From: an uncultured Chloroflexia bacterium
Lineage (GTDB): Bacteria; Chloroflexota; Limnocylindria; QHBO01
Direction: 5' to 3'
NCBI GenBank assembly: GCA_963825525.1
Contig: CAWGTN010000002.1
Coordinates: 800,001 to 864,000 of the forward strand
DNA: 64,000 bases
Part shown: positions 43,368 to 51,801 of the stretch, piece after piece
Layout of the letters: the number at the start of each line of letters is the position of its first letter
Numbering within the stretch: position 1 is the first letter of the stretch
Made by a program: the position numbers and the translations under genes
Notes under the pieces: model-generated
Database searches by the model: none
Told to the model about the DNA's origin: nothing
Seen by the model: only the letters and a program-made list of their open reading frames with translations

Positions 43368-43894
43368 GACAGATCCTTTCGCAACCTACTTACTGCGCGT
43401 GAAGTGCGAACCCTTGCCCCTGATGGGGACAGGCCCGTGGCTCTAGCGATTTCGGCGGACGTCCAACCCAACACGAACTTGAGGGCCAACACCTGGCGGT
43501 CGAGCGCGCTCAGGCGAGCAAGGGCGGCGGCAAGATCCGGGTCCGCGTAACGGTCAGCTGAACTAATGGCCGCCGTGGGATCGTCCAGCGTAGTCTCGCG
43601 TGCCGTTCGCCTGTTGCGCGATCGACGATGCTCACGGGCTCTATTGCACGCGATCGCGGTGACCCATGCTCGGAATCGTTCGGGCTCGTTGAGCTGTTTG
43701 CGGCGCGACCACGCGGTGTCCCAAGCGTCTTGAACCGCCTCCCTAGCCGCAGTGGAATCGCCGGTAATTACGAAGCAGGCGCGGACCAAATCGACGTCGT
43801 ACGCCAGGACCAACTGCGTAAACGCAGCATGGTCGCCATGCGCTGCGCGCCTTGCGAGGGACACCGAAGGGGACTGCTCCGTACTGATCGCCAC
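43364..43894 (-). CDS. ECF RNA polymerase sigma factor (alternative start 43912)
   Basis: AREAVQDAW..AW, FRAWV..IACN, SAEIA..TG.S....RVR.SRA; TGAAAC-N16-GCATCTA promoter just upstream. Confidence 0.88.
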   Translation of the reverse strand: MAISTEQSPSVSLARRAAHGDHAAFTQLVLAYDVDLVRACFVITGDSTAAREAVQDAWDTAWSRRKQLNEPERFRAWVTAIACNRAREHRRSRNRRTARETTLDDPTAAISSADRYADPDLAAALARLSALDRQVLALKFVLGWTSAEIARATGLSPSGARVRTSRAVSRLRKDLS

Positions 43895-44004
43895 GGGTAG
43901 TAGATGCCTCACCTGCTGGAAGTGTTTCAGCCTCGCTCGAGCCTGATCGAGCCCTCAACGTGGCTCCTTCCGCGTATTAGAGATCAGGGGAGGAGCAGCG
44001 CAAG

Positions 44005-44018
44005 TAGGGATTCTCCTA
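44005..44018. promoter_or_regulatory. Putative LuxR/NarL-type operator
   Basis: Imperfect palindrome TAGGGATTCTCCTA upstream of the M23 gene. Confidence 0.4.
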
Positions 44019-44109
44019 ATTGCGATGAGACCGATCCGCTCACAGGCTCACCTTTGCGGCCAAGTGCCGCGCAACAGTGCACGGGAAGCAGAGGACGGAG
44101 GACGGTTTC

Positions 44110-45036
44110 GTGCGTCGCAGAGTACGAGCACTATCGGTGAGCTTGGTCGTCGCGGTAGCGCTGCAAGTGCTGACCGTGGCAGCCGTCAGCGCGGCAACGG
44201 GGCCGTATACGCTGCCCTTCTTCGATCCAAGCATTATCCGGACACAAAACTGTCACCAGGGCTGCGCGTACGACTATGGGATGAGCTACCAGGACGTGGC
44301 ATCGACCCGGCAGGGTGTCGTTGCCTTTGTCGTTACTGGCAACGGCGTCGGCGAGTGCAATCCGAACACGACGAAGAAGGCCAACTACGTCTTCATACGG
44401 CACAGTGATAACCAGCACACCCTCTACTACCACCTCAGTACCGTGAGCGTCGCGCAGGGGCAACTGGTATCGGCCGGTCAAAAGATTGGCGTCTCCGGCG
44501 CGTCGGGGTACTCGTGCGGTGCACACCTCCACTACGTTCTCTACTCAAGCGCTACCCGCTCGGACGCCACATCATTGGTCCCAGATGGACGGTGGACTAC
44601 TTCTCCGGGGCGTGTTCCCTGGCTGGCCAGGTATGTCACAGAGGCGAGCCCTAGTGGGTATACCAGGCTGGGCGGGACTACATGGACCACTTGGGTTGAG
44701 TTCCGCAACGACGGCGGACGCACCTGGGACTGGCAGAACGACAGTTATGGGCGAGCAAGAGTGTTTCTTTCCGCGGTGAACTCGACCGGCACGGCGACGC
44801 GCAACAGCAGCTTCTACGTTTCGGGAGACTGGTCGTCGGCCTACGAGGCTACTATGGCCGATGTCGATGACATCGCTCCTGGCGTTACAGCGCGTTTCAC
44901 CTTCAAGCTCAAGGCACCTTTGGCCGGGGGGACCTTCACCGAACGCTTCAGTCTGCGGGCTAACAGCCTTTGGTGGTTCAACTACGCCACTCTCGGGAAT
45001 TACTACATCCCAATCTCGGTGACCCATTGCTGCTGA
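44110..45036 (+). CDS. Secreted M23 metallopeptidase with C-terminal Ig-like domain
   Basis: GGAGGA RBS; signal peptide; YYHL..V.V..GQ.V..GQ.IG.SG.SG...GAHLHY; WVEFRNDG..TW Ig-like domain. Confidence 0.82.
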   Translation: MRRRVRALSVSLVVAVALQVLTVAAVSAATGPYTLPFFDPSIIRTQNCHQGCAYDYGMSYQDVASTRQGVVAFVVTGNGVGECNPNTTKKANYVFIRHSDNQHTLYYHLSTVSVAQGQLVSAGQKIGVSGASGYSCGAHLHYVLYSSATRSDATSLVPDGRWTTSPGRVPWLARYVTEASPSGYTRLGGTTWTTWVEFRNDGGRTWDWQNDSYGRARVFLSAVNSTGTATRNSSFYVSGDWSSAYEATMADVDDIAPGVTARFTFKLKAPLAGGTFTERFSLRANSLWWFNYATLGNYYIPISVTHCC

Positions 45037-45125
45037 GGGCTTCGTTTCCTCGGGGCGCGGGGAAGTCGTTCGCATTCGCACCCCGAGCGTCCAGCCCGCT
45101 TACAGCGGACACAACGTGCGTGGCG

Positions 45126-45812
45126 TTAGGGCGACGGAGTGGCCCCGGGGAAGGCAGGTACTCGGTCCCCTAGGAGTGAATTACTGCTTGCCCGGTGGTA
45201 GAAGGAAATGGGCACGTCCAGCCAACGCCCGCGGTGTGCTTTGACGGCGAGCTCCGTTCTTGACAGCGAACTCGTTCTGGCGAGGAGGCGCGATAGGTGG
45301 GCCTCAACGGTCTTGTGGCTGATGTTGAGGGCAAATGCGATCTCGTCGTTGGTCCGGGCGTCCACAACCCGCTCCAGCACCGCTCGTTCCCGTGGGCTCA
45401 AGCGCAAATAGTCCTCAGGCCCACCGAGCACATCAGCTTCGTATGCCGCCTCGCCGCGTGCCACCCGGGCAAGTGCTGCGATCATCTGCGAGGGACCGTA
45501 TGACTTGAGGAGAAAGCCGGCAGCACCGAGACGGAGGCTTGCCTGTGCGATATGGGGGGCCGCCGTTGCGGAGACCAACACCACGGCTGGTGGTGGCGAC
45601 CGGCGAGCGGCCTCAGCCAGCAAGTCGAAACCGGTCCCGTCAGGCAGGTGAAGAGCGCTGACAACAATCCGTATCCCGGCGTGCATCGACCTTCGGGCGT
45701 CCGCGAAGGTCGCGCATCTGGCGGTCACACGCATGTGTGACGTTGAGTGGATAGCCGAAGCGAGGCCTTCCAGAAAGAACGGTTGATCGTCGACCACCAC
45801 TACATGGCTCAT
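45126..45812 (-). CDS. Orphan NarL/LuxR response regulator; phosphoacceptor Asp apparently replaced
   Basis: VVVVDDQ, VVSALHLPDG (Ala at the Asp position), GFLLK, LSPRE...TNDEIA..L.IS.KTVE.H. Confidence 0.82.
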   Translation of the reverse strand: MSHVVVVDDQPFFLEGLASAIHSTSHMRVTARCATFADARRSMHAGIRIVVSALHLPDGTGFDLLAEAARRSPPPAVVLVSATAAPHIAQASLRLGAAGFLLKSYGPSQMIAALARVARGEAAYEADVLGGPEDYLRLSPRERAVLERVVDARTNDEIAFALNISHKTVEAHLSRLLARTSSLSRTELAVKAHRGRWLDVPISFYHRASSNSLLGDRVPAFPGATPSP

Positions 45813-46045
45813 GGGGGGTCGCCGCGCTACTCCAGGATGTTGCACAACCGCTGTTATGGCACCCGGCCGCTTACCAGCCACTAGTGCGGCAGCGGACGGA
45901 AAGGGGAAGCCCGCCTATTCGGGGAAGTGGAGGCGCGCTCGGCGGCTTCGGTCGCGGGTGGACTGCTCGGGAAAGTGTCCATGCCCAATCTCCCCACCGT
46001 GGTCTCATGACATGAGACCATCGCGAGCGACAATGCGCTTGCTCG

Positions 46046-48133
46046 TTGCCGATTGTCAATAAGCAATACTTGACACTTCAGCTCCCGCCGGAAAAGGAGT
46101 GGTCGCACCTTGTTAGACCGTCGATCGCTCCTCACGAGCAGAACCACGACCGAGGTCCCTTCGATGCGTTGGTTGATCTCGTCCGCGACGGTGCGGCGGC
46201 GCTCGTCGCCAACGACGTGCCGATCGGCGAGGTGTATGGCGCACTGTGGTCGAGGGAGTTCCCGGTATTCCATCGAATCGCGTTGCACTTGCTTAGCGAG
46301 AACCCGACGCTCGCCCCCGAGGAAACTCGATCCGCCGTGCTGAATATCGACAGCTTCTACAACTCAGCGGTGCTGCACGAGTACACGGAGCTTGTAAGAG
46401 CTTCGTACGGTGTGCTCGACCAGGAGGCTCGGAGGTCCTACCTGCGGTTGATCGGCAACGGTTCACGGGACTCGGACATGACGGAGGAGCAGGCTGACTA
46501 TTGGCGATTGGTGCGTTACGCAGTCATCGTCGACGACCTAGCAGGCGAGGATCGCGCTACCTACGAACGACTAGAGAGCCGGTTCGGCAAGGTCGACGAA
46601 CCATATATGCCTTTTCACTCGCGATCGTGGCGCGGGCCAACAAGCCCCCGTAGTCCCGCAGAGCTCGCCAACATGACTATCGAGGAGATCGTCGACTACG
46701 TCCAAACGTGGAAGGCCCCCGATGGGCCGTTTGACCATAGCGAGGAAGGCCTAGGTCGAGCTATCGCATCCGCGATAGGCGATGACCCCACTCGCTTCGC
46801 TACCGCTGCGGTGGAGTTCCTTCGGCTCCCAGCCGCCTATGGACGTAGTGTGGTGAGCGGGCTGCGCGACGCCATACGAGCAGAGCAGACCTTTGAATGG
46901 CAACCGGTTCTACAGCTCTGCGAATCGCTCATCAGTCCGGACGAGTCGTCCGACGAGACGAGGTGGACACGACGGGAAATAGGGCACCTGATCGAGCAAG
47001 GGATGGCGGACGGACCGACTCAGATACCGGCCGACCTGTGGCCAGTCGCGTGGAGGGTAATCACACGACTGGCAGCGGACTTGGAGCCAGATCTCGAATA
47101 CGAAGGGCGGTATGGGGAAGACAACATGGATCCATACACGCTGTCCATCAACACGGTTCGGGGGCAGGCTATCCATGCAGCCATCGCATTTGCCCTTGCC
47201 GGACATCGTGCATCGGATAGCGCCGGCCGTCCCTGGTCGCTGCCTTCCGAAATTCGCGAGTTCTTCGAAAGGCATGTTGATCCAGCGCGAGATCCGTCTC
47301 CCGCCATTCAATCGGTGTTTGGTGCTCTCTTACCGCAGGTCCAACTCCTTGATCCTGTGGGATTCGAGAGCCTGACTAGAAGACTCTTTTCTAACGATCA
47401 CGCGCTGATAACACGGGCCGCGGGGGAGGCCTACCTTGTATTCGCGCGGCCGTATCGGGCCGTGTACCCCCACGTCGACCACCTGTATCTAGCCTCAGCG
47501 CAGTCGTGGGAAGGCTCGGGCTGGCGCTGGATGCGCTCGCCGAGTGAAGGACTGGTCAGCCACCTGGTCACGTACTACCTGATCGGTGTTATCGATCTGC
47601 AGGGTGGATCGCCTCTGCGTCTCTTGCTCGACAATGCGAGCGCGGAGACGAGGGCCGAAGTCATCGAGCATGTCGGTCGCATAGTGCGCGACGAGGAGCA
47701 TCCACTTAGGCCGGACCAACTTGCGCTCTGTCAGGCGCTGTGGCTTGACCGCCTGAACGCCGCACATCGGGACCGCGAGCACGTGCGAGCAGAACTTTCA
47801 CAGTTCGGATGGTGGTTCTCGTCTACGCAACTTGATTCCGGATGGGTACTGGAGAATGCCTTGGCCGTATTGGGTCTCGGCGTGTCCCTTGATCCCGAGT
47901 TCGCTGTCTTTCCCCGGCTTGCGGAACTTGCACCATCGCATCCGCGAGAGGCGATCCGAGTCGTGTCGGAGACCGTCGACCTCGAGCACGAGATGTGCCG
48001 CGTCCACAGCGAGCGGGATCACATCCGAGACATCGTCGCAACTGCACAAGCCAGTGACGACCCTGACGCGCGCCAAGGGGCAAGTGACGTTCTCAATCAG
48101 CTCGCGGCGCGGGGAATCAGCCTCGAACCTTGA
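46046..48133 (+). pseudogene. Probably 5'-truncated remnant of a large alpha-helical hypothetical protein
   Basis: 695-codon open frame without a convincing RBS or start; protein-like from ~46080 (RPSIAPHEQN, GPTSP, SINTVRG); stops 14 bp before the right TIR. Confidence 0.6.
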
Positions 48134-48178
48134 TATCCGTGGGCCGGCGGCAACTTCGTAGCGCTCTATCTACTACCC

Positions 48179-48192
48179 TACCCTCGATTGAG
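48179..48192 (+). repeat. 14-bp target-site duplication, right copy
   Basis: TACCCTCGATTGAG, identical to 41984-41997. Confidence 0.9.
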
Positions 48193-48217
48193 GGCCCGCC
48201 GAGCCCTGTGCTATCCT
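48188..48217 (+). promoter_or_regulatory. Sigma70-type promoter of the T-box/tRNA/GNAT/leuS transcript
   Basis: TTGAGG (48188-48193), N18, extended -10 TG-C-TATCCT (hexamer 48212-48217). Confidence 0.6.
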
Positions 48218-48394
48218 CGGCCGCGAACGCGTCGACGCGGGAGCAGTACGCGCTGCGCCTCGTTCACAGCGAGCCGGGATGGGTGGAAGCCGGCGAACCG
48301 AGGAGCGCGGAACTCACCTGCCGAGCAGTCCGGGCGAGGAGTCCGACCGGGTGGCGCCCGATACCACGCCGACGAGTGGACCGATGAAATTCGT

Positions 48395-48470
48395 GGGGTT
48401 GTAGCTCAGCTGGGAGAGCACCTGCATGGCATGCAGGGGGTCGGGGGTTCGAGTCCCCCCAGCTCCACCA
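48395..48470 (+). tRNA. tRNA-Ala (anticodon GGC), nested in the T-box leader
   Basis: 76-nt cloverleaf; GGGGTTG/CAGCTCC acceptor with G3:U70; CCTGC-ATGGCAT-GCAGG arm; CCA end. Confidence 0.97.
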
Positions 48471-48520
48471 TCCTCTACCGAAGAGGCATCGGCCAAGCTC
48501 AGGTGGTACCGCGGAGATGT

Positions 48521-48556
48521 GAGCCCCTTCGTCCCGAGCAGACGGAGGGGTTTGTC
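48521..48556 (+). terminator. T-box attenuator terminator
   Basis: GAGCCCCTTCGTC-ccgagca-GACGGAGGGGTTT; its 5' arm can alternatively pair with the T-box. Confidence 0.8.
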
Positions 48557-48572
48557 GTGTCTGGAGAACCTG

Positions 48573-49133
48573 ATGATCATGACCGGGAACGGCGAGGCGA
48601 AGACGGCGCGGGACGGCCGGCGCTGGACGATGCGTCCGGGTCGCCCGACTGACGGCCGCGCGCTGGCCCGGCTGTTCGCCGAGGTGCGCGAGGAGGGCCG
48701 CTGGCTGATCACCACCCCGGGCTCGGTCAGCGAGCCGTCGGAAGCGTTCTGGATCAGCGAGCTGATCCGGGCTTCGGAACACCTGGCCCTGGTGGCCGAG
48801 GTGGACGGGGAGGCGATCGGAAACGTGCTGGTCAGCGTCGATCGAGGGCGCGCAACCGAGCACATCGGCGTGCTCTCGATCTGCATCGGGCGCGACTGGC
48901 GCGACGTCGGGATCGGCAGTGAGCTGGTCGGGGCCGCCCAAACATGGGCGCGCGAGCGGGGCCTGCGCAAGATCTCACTCGGCGTCTTTCCCGACAACGA
49001 GCGTGCGATTGCCGTCTACGAGCGCCGCGGGTTCGTCCGCGAAGGCGTTCGCCGCATGCAATATCGATCGGGCGACGAGTACCGCGACGAGGTGCTGATG
49101 GCCTGGTTCCCGCAGGAGGCTGAGGACCGATGA
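48573..49133 (+). CDS. GNAT N-acetyltransferase (YhhY/AaaT-like)
   Basis: WRDVGIGSELV, LGVFPDNERAIAVYERRGF; ATGA-coupled to leuS. Confidence 0.85.
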   Translation: MIMTGNGEAKTARDGRRWTMRPGRPTDGRALARLFAEVREEGRWLITTPGSVSEPSEAFWISELIRASEHLALVAEVDGEAIGNVLVSVDRGRATEHIGVLSICIGRDWRDVGIGSELVGAAQTWARERGLRKISLGVFPDNERAIAVYERRGFVREGVRRMQYRSGDEYRDEVLMAWFPQEAEDR

Positions 49134-51640
49134 CGACCGAGAGCGAAACCGCCGCCCGAGCCGGGCGCTCGCGCTTCGATCCGGCATCGTACGAATCGAA
49201 GTGGCGCGAACGCTGGGCCGCGGACGAGCTGTACGTGGCACGGGACGACGACCCGCGTCCGAAGCGCTACGTCCTGACGATGTACCCGTATCCGTCGGGC
49301 GACCTCCACATCGGCCACTGGTATGCGGCGACCGGGCCCGACATCTATGCCCGTATGCAGCGGATGCGCGGTGACAACGTCATGTTCCCGATGGGCTTCG
49401 ACAGCTTCGGGCTGCCCGCCGAGAACGCCGCCATCGACCGGAACATTCACCCGGCCACCTGGACGGCGGCGAACATCGAGCGCATGCGGACCCAGTTCCG
49501 CAGCATGGGTGCGATGTTCGACTGGTCGCGCGAGCTCGCAACCTCGGACCCCGACTACTACCGCTGGACGCAGTGGATCTTCCTCCAGTTCTTCAACGCG
49601 GGGCTCGCCTACCGGGCCATGGCGCCGGTGGACTGGTGCCCGAAGGACCAGGTCGTGCTGGCGCGCGAGCAGGTCGAGGGTACGGATCGGCACTGCTGGC
49701 GCTGCGGCACGCCGGTCATCAAGCGCGACCTCGAGCAGTGGTGGTTCCGCATCACGAACTACTCCGACGAGCTGCTCGACTTCAGCGGCCTCGATTACCC
49801 CGAGCCGATCAAGCTCATGCAGACGAACTGGATCGGCCGCTCGGAGGGGGCGGAGATCGACTTTCCCACCGAGGCCGATGATGTCGAGCCGATCCGCGTC
49901 TTCACCACGCGGCCGGACACGGTGTTCGGTGCCACGTTCATGGTGCTGGCGCCGGAGCACCCGCTCGTCGCAACCCTCACGACCGAGGATCGGCGAGCGG
50001 AGGTCGACGCCTACGTGGCCACGGCGCGGCGAGAGACCGAGATCGAGCGCATGAACACCGAGCGCGAGAAGACCGGGGTCTTCATCGGCGCCTATGCGGT
50101 CAACCCGATGACGAATGAGCGGATCCCGATCTGGATCGCCGACTACGTGCTGCCCGGCTACGGAACGGGGGCGATCATGGCCGTCCCCGCCCACGACGAG
50201 CGTGACTATGAGTTCGCGACGAAGTTCGACCTGCCCATCCGATACGTCGTGGCACCTCCGTCCGGCGAGGTGCCCGATGGCCGGGCCCTTGTCTCGCACG
50301 CCGCCGACGAGGTGCTCATCGACTCCGGCGAATTCACCGGGATGCGAGCCGAGGACGCGATCGGCGCGATCACGAAGTCACTCGAGGAGTCCGGGCGCGG
50401 GCAGATGGCGGTCACGTACCGTCAACGCGATTGGCTCGTCAGCCGGCAGCGGTACTGGGGCGCGCCGATCCCGATCGTGTACTGCGAGGAGCATGGCGCG
50501 GTCCCGGTGCCCGAGGATCAGCTGCCGATCGTGCTGCCCGAGGACGTGGACTTCGCGCCGACCGGCGTCTCGCCGCTCCAGTCGCATGCCGAGTGGCTGG
50601 CCGCGGAGTGCCCGACCTGCGGTGGGCCGGGGCGCCGTGAGACCGATACCCTCGACACGTTCATCGATTCGAGCTGGTATTTCCTCCGCTACTGCTCGCC
50701 GCACGACCGAGAGCGAGCCTGGAACCAGGACGAGGTTGCGGCATGGATGCCGATCGACCTCTACACCGGCGGCGCCGAGCACGCGGTCATGCACCTGATG
50801 TACTTCCGGTTCTTCGTGAAGGCCCTGCGTGACCTCGGACACCTGACGATCGACGAGCCGACGATGAGGCTGCGGAACCAGGGCCAGATCCTGGGCGCCG
50901 ATCACAACCGGATGAGCAAGTCACGCGGCAACGTCCAGGCGCCTGACGAGCTCGTCGAGCGCTACGGGTCCGACACGGTGCGCGCCTTCCTGATGTTCAT
51001 CGGGCCGTGGGACCAGGGCGGACCCTGGAACCCCACCGGCATGGAGGGCATTCACCGCTGGCTGGGACGGGTGTGGGGAGCCGCGCTGCCAGAGGAACGT
51101 CGCCGCGCCGCAGGAGGCCAGGCGCCGGGAACGTCGGAGGACCTGGAGCGCGCACTTCGCCGCGTGACCCACGCGACGGTCGCTGCAGTGACGGACGATT
51201 ACACCGGCCTGCGCTTCAACACCGCGATTGCCAAGCTCATGGAGCTGACGAACGCGATCATCCGCGCCCGCGAAGCGGGCCAGGCTCAGTCGGGCGCCTA
51301 CGCCGACGCCGTCGACACGCTGCTCCTGCTGCTCGCGCCGCTCACCCCGCACATCGCGGAGGAGCTGTGGGAGCGACGGGGCGGCACGTACAGCGTGCAT
51401 CAGCAGGCCTGGCCGGAGGCCGATCCGGCACTGGTCGCATCCGACGTGGTCGAGCTGCCGATCCAGGTGGACGGCAAGCTGCGTGATCGGCTGGTGGTGA
51501 ACGCCGATACGCCCGCCGAGGAGATCGAGCGCCTGGCGCTCGCCTCCGATCATGTCCAGCGCTACCTGGCCGGGCGTGCGCCCCGACGGGTGATTCAGAT
51601 CCCCGGGAAGCTCGTGAATATCGTCACGCCACGGGACTGA
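49130..51640 (+). CDS. leuS: Leucine--tRNA ligase
   Basis: MYPYPSGDLHIGH, FTTRPDT, GTGAIMAVPAHDERD, SRQRYWG, RMSKS. Confidence 0.97.
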   Translation: MTTESETAARAGRSRFDPASYESKWRERWAADELYVARDDDPRPKRYVLTMYPYPSGDLHIGHWYAATGPDIYARMQRMRGDNVMFPMGFDSFGLPAENAAIDRNIHPATWTAANIERMRTQFRSMGAMFDWSRELATSDPDYYRWTQWIFLQFFNAGLAYRAMAPVDWCPKDQVVLAREQVEGTDRHCWRCGTPVIKRDLEQWWFRITNYSDELLDFSGLDYPEPIKLMQTNWIGRSEGAEIDFPTEADDVEPIRVFTTRPDTVFGATFMVLAPEHPLVATLTTEDRRAEVDAYVATARRETEIERMNTEREKTGVFIGAYAVNPMTNERIPIWIADYVLPGYGTGAIMAVPAHDERDYEFATKFDLPIRYVVAPPSGEVPDGRALVSHAADEVLIDSGEFTGMRAEDAIGAITKSLEESGRGQMAVTYRQRDWLVSRQRYWGAPIPIVYCEEHGAVPVPEDQLPIVLPEDVDFAPTGVSPLQSHAEWLAAECPTCGGPGRRETDTLDTFIDSSWYFLRYCSPHDRERAWNQDEVAAWMPIDLYTGGAEHAVMHLMYFRFFVKALRDLGHLTIDEPTMRLRNQGQILGADHNRMSKSRGNVQAPDELVERYGSDTVRAFLMFIGPWDQGGPWNPTGMEGIHRWLGRVWGAALPEERRRAAGGQAPGTSEDLERALRRVTHATVAAVTDDYTGLRFNTAIAKLMELTNAIIRAREAGQAQSGAYADAVDTLLLLLAPLTPHIAEELWERRGGTYSVHQQAWPEADPALVASDVVELPIQVDGKLRDRLVVNADTPAEEIERLALASDHVQRYLAGRAPRRVIQIPGKLVNIVTPRD

Positions 51641-51661
51641 ACGGCCGGCTCGATAAGGTCC

Positions 51662-51795
51662 GGGTAACCGCGGGGTAACGGCGCCCGCCGTAGAGTGCGG
51701 TCCTGCTTCCGACGCCCGGCGCCGAGTGCCCGGGTGCCGGGCGTCGGACGCAGCTGCTCGCCTTCACCTCATCCTTCGCCTCCCCGACGGGAGGC
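51662..51795 (+). promoter_or_regulatory. comEA upstream regulatory region
   Basis: GGGTAAC direct repeats (51662, 51673), TAGAGT -10 (51691), 13-bp stem (51708-51748), SD-occluding hairpin GCCTCCC-CGAC-GGGAGGC. Confidence 0.5.
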
Positions 51796-51801
51796 TCCAC
51801 G

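Larger units (their letters stand above)
41998..48178. mobile_element. Non-autonomous TIR-bounded cargo element with 14-bp TSD (casposon-like)
   Basis: Left TIR GGGGTAGTAGATAGAGCG-gccca-AAGTTGCCG (41998-42029); right TIR CGGCAACTT-cgtag-CGCTCTATCTACTACCC (48148-48178); flanking 14-bp direct repeats; lower-GC interior; no intact transposase. Confidence 0.8.
48225..48560 (+). ncRNA. T-box riboswitch, Leu specifier (CUC)
   Basis: Stem I AGTA (48245), AGCGAG (48268), GGTGGAA (48282), GAA-CTC specifier (48313-48315); T-box AGGTGGTACCGCG (48501-48513); terminator; leuS downstream. Confidence 0.9.

Noticed and set aside
43895-43905. Internal 11-bp match to the TIR (GGGTAGTAGAT)
   Set aside because: Lacks the rest of the TIR and any TSD, and coincides with the ECF -10/start region; probably chance.
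41951-48194. Tyrosine-recombinase att repeats, integron attC sites, or a Tn3 transposon
   Set aside because: The ~45-bp direct repeat resolves into a TIR plus a 14-bp TSD; there are no GTTRRRY/RYYYAAC boxes; Tn3 would give a 5-bp duplication.
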